From Mucisphaera calidilacus (GTDB lineage: Bacteria; Planctomycetota; Phycisphaerae; Phycisphaerales; Phycisphaeraceae), in assembly GCF_007748075.1 (NCBI RefSeq), contig NZ_CP036280.1:1200001-1232000 (forward strand): 32,000 nucleotides of DNA, given 5' to 3'. A model generated the notes under the pieces. It saw only the letters and a program-made list of their open reading frames with translations, did no database searches and was not told the origin of the DNA. Of the stretch, positions 9,253 to 16,507 are shown in pieces. Both the position numbers and the translations under genes were made by a program. The stretch's first letter is position 1. The number at the start of each line of letters is the position of its first letter.

Positions 9253-11619
9253 TTAGCCGAGGGTGACGGGCGCGGACTTGAGTCCGGTGAGTTTGCCGCC
9301 CGTGAGCGTCCATCGGTGTTCGCGGAGGTTGAGTTCGCGTTGGTCGTCGTCGGTTCGGAGGGTGATGGTGTCCTTGTTGCCGTAGGTCACGAAGCGGACT
9401 TTGAGCTTGCTGTAGGCGAAGTCGGCGTCGCGGAGTGTCACGGTGACGTGGTTGTTCTTCCGCTGGACGTCGAGGGTGATGGTGGTGCGTTCGCCACGCT
9501 GGTAGGCGTAGGAGAGGCCGTCGTCGGCGGCGTAGGTGCAGGTTGCTTTGCCCTTGAAGTCGGGGCTGAGGAAGAGGTGGAGTTCGATGTCGGCGAGGTC
9601 GGTGTGGTTGTCGGTGGGTGTGCCGGGGCGCATGGGGATGACGGCGCCGTCGCGGATGAAGAGGGGTGTGGTTTCGTCGTCGGGTTTGGCCTTGATGGTG
9701 CGGTCGCCAGCGATCCACCGGCCGGTGCGTGCGTCGTACCAGTTGGCCTTGGGGAGGACGATGTCGCGTGGGGCGGGTTCGGATTCGAGGTGGGGTGCCT
9801 GCATGATGGCGGGGCCGACCATGAACTGGTCTTCGATGCGGTCGAGGGGCAGTTTTGCCTTGTCGGCGAAGTCGTAGAAGAGGGGGCGGAGGATGGCCTC
9901 GCCGGCGGCTTCCTGCTGGACGAAGAGGTTGTAGAGGTAGGGCAGGAGCTTGTAGCGGAGTCGGATATAGTGGCGGGTGATGCGGGTGACTCTGGCGTTG
10001 AAGGCGTAGGGTTCCTGGTGGCGTTGTCCGCGGTGGGTGTGGTTGCGGAGGACGGGGAAGAGGAAGCCGGCCTTGTACCAGGCGATGGCGAGTTCGGGGC
10101 TGGCGTCGCCGCCGAAGCCCGGGACGTCGGGGCCGTTGAAGGGGAGTCCGGAGAGGGCGAGGTTGAGGGTGGTGGGGATGGCGGTCTTGAGGTGGTGGTC
10201 GTTGGCGTAGTTGTCGCCCGTCCACGCGGCGGAGTATCGGCTGGAGGAGATGTAGCCGCTGCGTGTGAGGATGAAGGGTCGCTGGTCGGGGGCGTGCTTG
10301 AGGAATCCCTCGTGGGTGGCCTTGGCCATGCCGAAGGCGTACTGGTTGTGGTAGGCGTCGTGGGGGAGTTTGCCGTCGTCGAAGAGCATCTCGCTGTTGA
10401 CGGATGCTCCGGTGGAGGGGTCGTTCATGTCGATCCAGACGCCCTCGATGCCTGGGGTGGCGACGGCCTTGGCGATCCAGCCGGCCCACCACTCGCGGGT
10501 GCGGGGCTGAGAGAAGTCGGGGAAGACGGTGGTGCCGGGCCAGACGAAGCCGACGAAGTCGGTGTCGGCGGGGTTCTTGCAGTAGACCCCGGCGCGTTTG
10601 CCGGACTTGTAGACGTCGTACTTGGTGTCGAGTTTGACGCCCGGGTCGATGATGGGGATGACGCGTTGGCCGTTGGCCTGGAGCTTGTCGATCTGCGCCT
10701 CGAGTCGTGGCCAGTGTTTCTGGTCCCAGGTGAAGACGCGGAAGCCGGTCATGTAGTCGATGTCGAGCCAGAGGCCGTCGTTGGGGATCTTGTGCTTGCG
10801 GAGTTGCTGGTCGACCGTGTCGAGGTCTTTGAAGCTGGCGTAGCCCCAGCGGCACTGGTGGTGGCCGAGGGACCAGAGCGGGGGCAGGGGCGTGGTGCCG
10901 ACGAGTCGCTGGAGTTTGCGTGTGAGGTCGGCGAGGGTGGGGCCGACGATGAAGTAGATCTCGGGTCGGCCGTCGGGCGCACCGACGAAGAAGCGTGTGC
11001 GTGTGTCGTCGTCGGCGTCGGACTGTCCGGCGATGTTGATTCTGGGGTTGGTGGACATGAAGGCGGCGTAGGGGTTGTTGAGGAGGATGCCGATGTAGTC
11101 GTTGCCGCGTTTGACGATGAGGTAGGGGATGGAGAGGTACATGGGGTCGGGCTGGCCGTGGATGACCTGCATCATGTTGAAGTCGGCCCAGACGTCGGTG
11201 TTCCAGAACTTGGTGTGGATGCCTGAGAGTTCGAGCCCGAGGACTTTCTCGCCCATGCCGTAGAAGCGCATGTCTTTGTTGAATGCGAACTGCATGAGCC
11301 ATGACTGGCCCGAGACGCCGAGGACGCGTCCGGGTTCGGAGGTGAGGAGGGTTTCGCCGTCGGGCGTGTTGAGCGTGACGCCATACTTCGGGTCGAAGTC
11401 GGCGGAGGAGGGTTCGTCGGTGTTGAAGTCGGCGGTGAGTTCGGCCTGGCTGTGCTGCGCGGGCCAGCGTCGCTCGCGGAGTTCGAGTCGGTGGACGTTC
11501 TCGCCGAGGTGCTTCCAGTTGTAGCGGAAGCTCTTGCCGTCGATGGCGATCTGGGGTGCGTTTCGTTTGTCGTGGTTGAAGACGAAGTTTTCGGGCTGGT
11601 GGGTCTTGTTGAAGTACAT
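9253..11619 (-). CDS. Glycoside hydrolase family 31 alpha-glucosidase
   Basis: 788 aa. Contains the GH31 nucleophile motif GVWIDMNDPS, then WTGDN and a conserved C-terminal beta-sandwich region. No signal peptide. Confidence 0.92.
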   Translation of the reverse strand: MYFNKTHQPENFVFNHDKRNAPQIAIDGKSFRYNWKHLGENVHRLELRERRWPAQHSQAELTADFNTDEPSSADFDPKYGVTLNTPDGETLLTSEPGRVLGVSGQSWLMQFAFNKDMRFYGMGEKVLGLELSGIHTKFWNTDVWADFNMMQVIHGQPDPMYLSIPYLIVKRGNDYIGILLNNPYAAFMSTNPRINIAGQSDADDDTRTRFFVGAPDGRPEIYFIVGPTLADLTRKLQRLVGTTPLPPLWSLGHHQCRWGYASFKDLDTVDQQLRKHKIPNDGLWLDIDYMTGFRVFTWDQKHWPRLEAQIDKLQANGQRVIPIIDPGVKLDTKYDVYKSGKRAGVYCKNPADTDFVGFVWPGTTVFPDFSQPRTREWWAGWIAKAVATPGIEGVWIDMNDPSTGASVNSEMLFDDGKLPHDAYHNQYAFGMAKATHEGFLKHAPDQRPFILTRSGYISSSRYSAAWTGDNYANDHHLKTAIPTTLNLALSGLPFNGPDVPGFGGDASPELAIAWYKAGFLFPVLRNHTHRGQRHQEPYAFNARVTRITRHYIRLRYKLLPYLYNLFVQQEAAGEAILRPLFYDFADKAKLPLDRIEDQFMVGPAIMQAPHLESEPAPRDIVLPKANWYDARTGRWIAGDRTIKAKPDDETTPLFIRDGAVIPMRPGTPTDNHTDLADIELHLFLSPDFKGKATCTYAADDGLSYAYQRGERTTITLDVQRKNNHVTVTLRDADFAYSKLKVRFVTYGNKDTITLRTDDDQRELNLREHRWTLTGGKLTGLKSAPVTLG

Positions 11620-11805
11620 GGATCGCTCTGAGATTGAAGTGTTGATGAAGGCCCCGGAGTCGGGTGCGAGCGGCAGTTTATCGGATTCGTTGGCCTTGTA
11701 TTTCGGTGGTGTGTGATTACGCGCTAATCACCGGCTATTGTGGGGAGGCTGGGTTAACTAAACACGACTCAACGCGTTGTGGTTGATGCGAAAGGACGAA
11801 GCTGA

Positions 11806-12360
11806 ATGAAGGCCGAGCAGGTGTTGGAGGAACTGCGTCGTGGCAACGAGCGATTTCGTGAGGGTCGGATGGTGACGCGAGACTACGCGTCGGAGGGCAA
11901 GGCGGCGGTGGCGGGGCAGTCGCCTGGTGCTGTGGTGCTGAGTTGCATGGACTCGCGGGTTCCCGTGGAGGCGATTTTCGATCAGGGGATCGGCGACGTG
12001 TTTGTGCTGCGTGTTGCGGGGAACGTGGTGAACGCGGACGTGCTGGGGTCGCTGGAGTTCGCGACGCGTGTGGTGAAGACGCATTTGGTGGTGGTTCTGG
12101 GTCACACGGACTGCGGCGCGGTGAAGGGCGCGATCGCGGGGGTGGAGTTGGGGCACCTGACGGGTCTGCTGGAGCGGCTCGGGCCGGCGGTTGAGGAGGG
12201 TGGCGGTGACGTCGACGCGGTGATCGAGGCGAACGTGCGTCGGATGATGGCGGCGATCACGCGGGAGAGCGGTGTGGTGGGTGAGTTGGTGGAGCGGGGC
12301 GAGGTCGTGGTGGTGGGCGGGGTGTACGACCTGGCGACTCGTGCGGTGCGGTGGTTGTGA
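11806..12360 (+). CDS. Beta-class carbonic anhydrase
   Basis: Contains the CMDSRVPVE and VVLGHTDCGAVKGA zinc-ligand motifs. Confidence 0.92.
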   Translation: MKAEQVLEELRRGNERFREGRMVTRDYASEGKAAVAGQSPGAVVLSCMDSRVPVEAIFDQGIGDVFVLRVAGNVVNADVLGSLEFATRVVKTHLVVVLGHTDCGAVKGAIAGVELGHLTGLLERLGPAVEEGGGDVDAVIEANVRRMMAAITRESGVVGELVERGEVVVVGGVYDLATRAVRWL

Positions 12361-12370
12361 CGCGGGAGGT

Positions 12371-13243
12371 TTAGTATGTGAGCCAGATCTTGTGGTGATC
12401 GCGTATGTAGTCGGCGACGTTTCGCGGCGGCCTTTTCAGAAGTCGTTCGAGGGTTGGGTCGATCTGCTCAGCATCGCCTTTTCGCAGGCCTAGGTGCAGC
12501 CATGTCTGGATGACAGCGTGCAGGAATGATTGTCGTCGTCTGGACAGCAGGTGAAAGAGGTAAGGTAGTGTGCCGGCGGGTTGGTATCGTATGGTTTGTT
12601 GGAGTTCTTCGATCAGGATGGCCGCGACTTCGTCGAAGGAGAAGGCCTTGGGGCCGGTCAGTGAATAGGCACATCCGTGGTGTGTGTCGGGTTCGCGGAA
12701 GATTGCTGCGGTCAGATCGCCCAGATCGTGAAGATCGATGAACGCCACGCGTCCCGAACCGGCGGGGACGTAGAGACGATTGTCCTGTCGGATATCGTTC
12801 AGATAGGCGTCCTGCAGGTTCTGTGCGAAGAAACCGGGCCGCAAGATGGTCCACGGGCATGGCGATGCCATCAGGTGCTTTTCGGTTTTGTGATGGGGGA
12901 TGTGGGCGTTTCGTTCGGCTCCGAGGACGGAGAGAAAGACGATGTGGGGCGAGGCGATCCCTGCTGCACGGTCGATGAAGGGATTGAGCGTGTGAGAGAC
13001 GTTGGAGACCGCGGGTGGTCTGAGCAGGAAGATGCCCGAGCAGCCGCAGATTGCCTGATCCCAGGTTTGCGGGTCCATGAGATCGAGTCGGGTGACCGAG
13101 ACGGTGTCGGGCAGGCAGGCACGGGCACGGTCGGGGTTGGAGGTCGCGGCGCGGACGGGATGACCGTTCGCCAAGAGCGCCCGAACAACCTCTCGTCCGG
13201 TGTTGCCCGTGGCTCCGGTGACCAGAATGGTGTCTGGGTGCAT
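12371..13243 (-). CDS. NmrA-like / atypical SDR NAD(P)-binding protein
   Basis: N-terminal Rossmann motif ILVTGATGNTGREVVRALL; length and layout are typical of the NmrA family. GC looks somewhat lower than the neighbours by eye. Confidence 0.85.
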   Translation of the reverse strand: MHPDTILVTGATGNTGREVVRALLANGHPVRAATSNPDRARACLPDTVSVTRLDLMDPQTWDQAICGCSGIFLLRPPAVSNVSHTLNPFIDRAAGIASPHIVFLSVLGAERNAHIPHHKTEKHLMASPCPWTILRPGFFAQNLQDAYLNDIRQDNRLYVPAGSGRVAFIDLHDLGDLTAAIFREPDTHHGCAYSLTGPKAFSFDEVAAILIEELQQTIRYQPAGTLPYLFHLLSRRRQSFLHAVIQTWLHLGLRKGDAEQIDPTLERLLKRPPRNVADYIRDHHKIWLTY

Positions 13244-13248
13244 GTGAA

Positions 13249-13322
13249 TGGGCGAAGCAGGACTCGAACCCGCGACATCTTCCTTGTAAGGGAAGCGCTC
13301 TAGCCAACTGAGCTATTCGCCC
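13249..13322 (-). tRNA. tRNA-Val (anticodon TAC)
   Basis: The minus-strand sequence GGGCGAATAGCTCAGTTGGCTAGAGCGCTTCCCTTACAAGGAAGATGTCGCGGGTTCGAGTCCTGCTTCGCCCA folds by hand into a cloverleaf. It has a 7-bp acceptor stem, GCTC/GAGC D stem, CTTCC/GGAAG anticodon stem with loop CTTACAA, and a GTTCGAGTC T-loop. CCA is not encoded. Confidence 0.93.
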
Positions 13323-13393
13323 GCGTGGACTGGATTATACGGGCTGATCGCTTAGACTTGGGGGTTCCCTCTAACCCATGACAAGGATGTGTT

Positions 13394-13822
13394 ATGAAGA
13401 CGGCAACGATCGAGACGAACAAGGGCATCATCACGCTGGAGTTGTACGACGACAAGACGCCTAAGACGGTGGCGAACTTCGAGAAGCTGGCTGGCGAGGC
13501 TTACTACGACGGCCTGAAGTTTCACCGTGTGATCGAGGATTTCATGATCCAGGGCGGCTGCCCGAAGGGCGACGGCACGGGCGGGCCGGGGTACACGTTC
13601 GAGGACGAGTTCCACCCCGACCTCAAGCACGACGGTCCGGGCGTGCTGTCGATGGCGAACGCGGGGCCGAACACCAACGGCTCGCAGTTTTTCATTACGC
13701 ACGTCGAGACGTCGTGGCTGGACGGCAAGCACTCGGTGTTCGGGCGTGTGACCGAGGGGCAGGACGTGGTCAACGCGATCCAGCAGGGCGATGAGATCAA
13801 GAAGGTGACGGTGAGCTCTTAA
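13394..13822 (+). CDS. ppiB: Cyclophilin-type peptidyl-prolyl cis-trans isomerase (cytoplasmic)
   Basis: Contains [31 protein letters not shown] and HSVFGRV motifs. No signal peptide. Confidence 0.95.
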   Translation: MKTATIETNKGIITLELYDDKTPKTVANFEKLAGEAYYDGLKFHRVIEDFMIQGGCPKGDGTGGPGYTFEDEFHPDLKHDGPGVLSMANAGPNTNGSQFFITHVETSWLDGKHSVFGRVTEGQDVVNAIQQGDEIKKVTVSS

Positions 13823-13823
13823 A

Positions 13824-14615
13824 CTATGATGTACTTGGCCTACTCTTCTCCAAAGCCGTTAATACGGCGAACAAGTCCTTAATGCAATTAAGAGCCATAT
13901 CTTTATCTATGCTAGATAGCTGTTTTCCATGAAGAATATTATTGCCGATTTCTCTAATTCGTGTTGCTGCATCAAAATCTTTCTTTGGCAATCGCTTCGT
14001 GAGTCTCGCCGCCTTGATGCGATCCGCCAAGTCAACAAATCGCTTGCCTTCTCGCCATTTCTTGAAGTTGCGTAGCGTAATCTCGCATGCATCGGAGGGT
14101 ATTTCAGCCTGCATCTCTACATCAAGAACAGACCTACACATCGCTATACATTCAGGGTAAAGTGACCAGAGATAGCATCTCGTAACCCGGTTTATGTAAC
14201 GCTTGGATTTGCGTGAATAGCTGGTGTCGTTGGCCAAATTTAGTAACGTAAAAATCTCATTCTCTGCCTCCTCGAATGTCTCAAGAAATTGCATGCCCAG
14301 CGATTGCAGTATCGCGCTTCTTGCATAAAGCATGTCGTCAACGCCAGAATCACCAGAAATCATGATTGAAGTTAAAATCTCTTTAAATGACCCTGTCTTC
14401 GGCGTTTCTAGCGTATGGCTACTTCTGAATAAATCAGCAATCCACTCTTCGATCTTCTGGATATTTATTTTGGCAGCCTCATAGTCAATTTTGCAAGTAC
14501 TTGCATAACGATCAATTTTATCACTCCTGTACTGGTCAAGAGCCATATCGAATGCATGGCTCACAGGTGTAAAATCATGGCCACCAAATGGATAATCTGT
14601 GTAGTCATCATTCAT
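13824..14615 (-). CDS. Orphan low-GC protein with DUF4145-like (HEPN-related) C-terminal domain; N-terminal ~140 aa unknown
   Basis: 263-aa ORF in the only AT-rich segment of the window. Its ATG overlaps the folA stop (ATGAATGA). The C-terminal pattern is CIAMCRSVLDVEM...ADRIKAARLTKRLP...ATRIREIGNNILHG...ALNCIKDLFAVLTAL. The domain call is from memory of the family signature, not from a search. Confidence 0.65.
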   Translation of the reverse strand: MNDDYTDYPFGGHDFTPVSHAFDMALDQYRSDKIDRYASTCKIDYEAAKINIQKIEEWIADLFRSSHTLETPKTGSFKEILTSIMISGDSGVDDMLYARSAILQSLGMQFLETFEEAENEIFTLLNLANDTSYSRKSKRYINRVTRCYLWSLYPECIAMCRSVLDVEMQAEIPSDACEITLRNFKKWREGKRFVDLADRIKAARLTKRLPKKDFDAATRIREIGNNILHGKQLSSIDKDMALNCIKDLFAVLTALEKSRPSTS

Positions 14616-15105
14616 GGCTCATGCGACTCCTTCTCGTGACAGTAAAACCTATCTCATGCCGCTCATCCACCGGATGCTCCATCAGCACCTCATGGTTCCA
14701 CCCGCTGAAATCAAACGCCGACAGCACCACATCTCCCTCCACCTCCGCGTGGACCACCGTCTCGTAGACCCGATCGGCCATCGGGAACGCCTCGGCGAAC
14801 AGCCCCGCGCCGCCGATGATGAAGACTTCCTCGTCGGTGTCGCGGTAGGGGGCGAGGGCGTCGTCGAGGGTTCGGCGGGCGGTGATGCCGGGGAAGGGGA
14901 AGTCGGGATTTCGGGTGAGGACGATGTTGGTTCGGCCGGGGAGGACGGCGTTGTGGTCTTCGAAGGTTCTGCGTCCCATGATGATGGGGTGGCCGAGGGT
15001 GGTGCGTTTAAAGTGTCTGAAGTCTTCGGGGAGGCGCCAGGGGAGCTTGCCGTCGCGTCCGATGACGTGGTTTTCGGATCGGGCGTAGATGAGGGAGAGG
15101 ATCAT
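14608..15105 (-). CDS. folA: Dihydrofolate reductase
   Basis: MILSLIYARSENHVIGRDGKLPWRLPEDFRHFKRTTLGHPIIMGRRTFE...IIGGAGLF...VHAEVEGD aligns by eye along the full length of E. coli FolA. The 3' third has a different codon style (see findings). Confidence 0.93.
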   Translation of the reverse strand: MILSLIYARSENHVIGRDGKLPWRLPEDFRHFKRTTLGHPIIMGRRTFEDHNAVLPGRTNIVLTRNPDFPFPGITARRTLDDALAPYRDTDEEVFIIGGAGLFAEAFPMADRVYETVVHAEVEGDVVLSAFDFSGWNHEVLMEHPVDERHEIGFTVTRRSRMSHE

Positions 15106-15114
15106 GTGGCGGTT

Positions 15115-15909
15115 TCAGACGGCGACGGGTGCCTTGATGTGGGGGTGGGGGTTGTAGTCGAGGAGGGTGAAGTGCTCGAAGCGGAAGGCTTCGAGGGATC
15201 GGATGTTGGGGTCGAGTGACATGCGTGGGAGGGGGCGGGGTTCGCGGGTGAGTTGCTCGCGGGCCTGGTCGAGGTGGTTGAGGTAGAGGTGGGCGTCGCC
15301 GAGGGTGTGGATGAAATCGCCGGGCTGGAGGTCGGTGACCTGGGCGATCATGAGGGTGAGCAGTGCGTAGCTGGCGATGTTGAAGGGGACGCCGAGGAAG
15401 ATGTCGGCGGATCGCTGATAGAGCTGGCAGCTGAGTTTGTTGTCGGCGACGTAGAACTGGAACAGTGCGTGGCAGGGTGGGAGTGCCATCTGGTCGATCT
15501 GGCCGGGGTTCCAGGCGCAGACGATGTGTCTGCGGGAGTCGGGTGCTTTGCGGAGCTGGGTGACGACGTCGCCGAGTTGATCGACGGTGGTTCCGTCGGG
15601 TTTGGGGAAGGATCGCCACTGCCTGCCGTAGACGGGGCCGAGGTCGCCTTGGTCGTCGGCCCACTCGTCCCAGATGGAGACGCCGTTGTCCTTGAGGTAG
15701 CCGATGTTGGTGTCGCCGGCGATGAACCAGAGCAGCTCGTGGATGATGGAGCGGAGGTGGAGTTTCTTGGTGGTGACGAGGGGGAAGCCTTCGGCGAGGT
15801 CGAAGCGCATCTGGTGGCCGAAGACCGAGCGTGTTCCGGTTCCGGTGCGGTCGGTCTTGACGGTGCCCTCGTCGAGGACGTGTTGCATGAGGTCGAGGTA
15901 CTGGCGCAT
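15115..15909 (-). CDS. thyA: Thymidylate synthase (ThyA type)
   Basis: [38 protein letters not shown] aligns from residue 1 of E. coli ThyA and gives 264 aa. Also has the PPCH active-site region ([13 protein letters not shown]). The track ORF extends to 16068, but that 53-aa extension has no ThyA counterpart. Confidence 0.95.
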   Translation of the reverse strand: MRQYLDLMQHVLDEGTVKTDRTGTGTRSVFGHQMRFDLAEGFPLVTTKKLHLRSIIHELLWFIAGDTNIGYLKDNGVSIWDEWADDQGDLGPVYGRQWRSFPKPDGTTVDQLGDVVTQLRKAPDSRRHIVCAWNPGQIDQMALPPCHALFQFYVADNKLSCQLYQRSADIFLGVPFNIASYALLTLMIAQVTDLQPGDFIHTLGDAHLYLNHLDQAREQLTREPRPLPRMSLDPNIRSLEAFRFEHFTLLDYNPHPHIKAPVAV

Positions 15910-15972
15910 AGAGTTATTTATCATGGATACAAGCGATGCAGCCATTCGCTCTGGATAACGCTCTGCAGAACA

Positions 15973-15990
15973 TGTTGTCGGGTGACAACA
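15973..15990. promoter_or_regulatory. Perfect 7-bp inverted repeat TGTTGTC-GGGT-GACAACA in the thyA / nuoA divergent region
   Basis: Read directly from the sequence. It lies in a roughly 190-bp lower-GC spacer between thyA (start 15909) and the likely nuoA start. It could be an operator or a chance palindrome. Confidence 0.2.
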
Positions 15991-16097
15991 GCGACCTGAA
16001 TGATCGTTGGTCATGTGGATTGGGTGTGGGAATGCTGTCGCCAACTGGCGCAATGATGTCGGCAGCATTCGAGTTGGATCTCGGTATACTCTTGGCC

Positions 16098-16505
16098 ATG
16101 TTGATGACGCTTGCCCAGGCTGCTGCCACGGATTTCAACCACTACGCCGCGCTCGGCGTGCTGCTGCTGATCGCGATCGGTTTCGGGATCGCGGCGGTGT
16201 TCGCGACGGTGATCATCGGCCCGAACCGCGATGGCGCTGTGAAGGGTGCGGTGTACGAGTCGGGCATGAACCCGTGGGGCACGGCTCGGCGGCGATTCAA
16301 CGTTCGCTTCTATATGGTGGCGATGACGTTCCTGCTTTTTGATGTCGAGATCGCGTTTCTCTACCCGTGGGCGGTGACGTACCCGAGCCTGGACCCGGAG
16401 AGCGGTCTGGGCGGCGTGTTTCTCGGGCGTCTGCTGTTCTTCCTGCTGACGTCGGTGATCGCGTTTGCGTACGCGTGGCGCAAGGGCGTCTTCAAGTACG
16501 ACTAG
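16098..16505 (+). CDS. nuoA: NADH-quinone oxidoreductase subunit A
   Basis: Contains [41 protein letters not shown], the NuoA/ND3 signature. The start is uncertain. The track ORF starts at 15936, and in-frame ATGs occur at 16032, 16053, 16098 and 16104. I prefer 16098 or 16104 because upstream codons have poor third-position GC and the resulting length (about 133-135 aa) is typical. Confidence 0.8.
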   Translation: MLMTLAQAAATDFNHYAALGVLLLIAIGFGIAAVFATVIIGPNRDGAVKGAVYESGMNPWGTARRRFNVRFYMVAMTFLLFDVEIAFLYPWAVTYPSLDPESGLGGVFLGRLLFFLLTSVIAFAYAWRKGVFKYD

Positions 16506-16507
16506 TT

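Noticed and set aside
9316-11226. Long Gly/Val/Asp/Glu/Ala-rich plus-strand ORFs antisense to real genes (also 118-825, 5983-6504, 15253-15999, 17132-18022, 18111-19142, 23523-24347, 25730-26596, 26837-27943, 29611-30861)
   Set aside because: These are antisense shadows produced by the G-rich + strand, which carries few stop codons. They are low-complexity sequences with no motifs.
13907-14160. Small ORFs inside the low-GC gene (13907-14092 minus strand, 13942-14160 plus strand)
   Set aside because: They are entirely nested in the 263-aa ORF, which has the better length and a recognisable C-terminal domain. They are likely shadows.
13244-14615. tRNA-Val-targeted integrative island spanning ppiB and the low-GC gene
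   Set aside because: There is no integrase and I found no direct repeat of the tRNA 3' end. ppiB between the tRNA and the low-GC gene has fully native composition, so the compositional evidence points to a folA-anchored recombination tract instead.
15910-16068. 53-aa N-terminal extension of thyA in the track
   Set aside because: ThyA aligns from its first residue at the internal Met (15909). The extension has poor codon style and would run into the nuoA upstream region.
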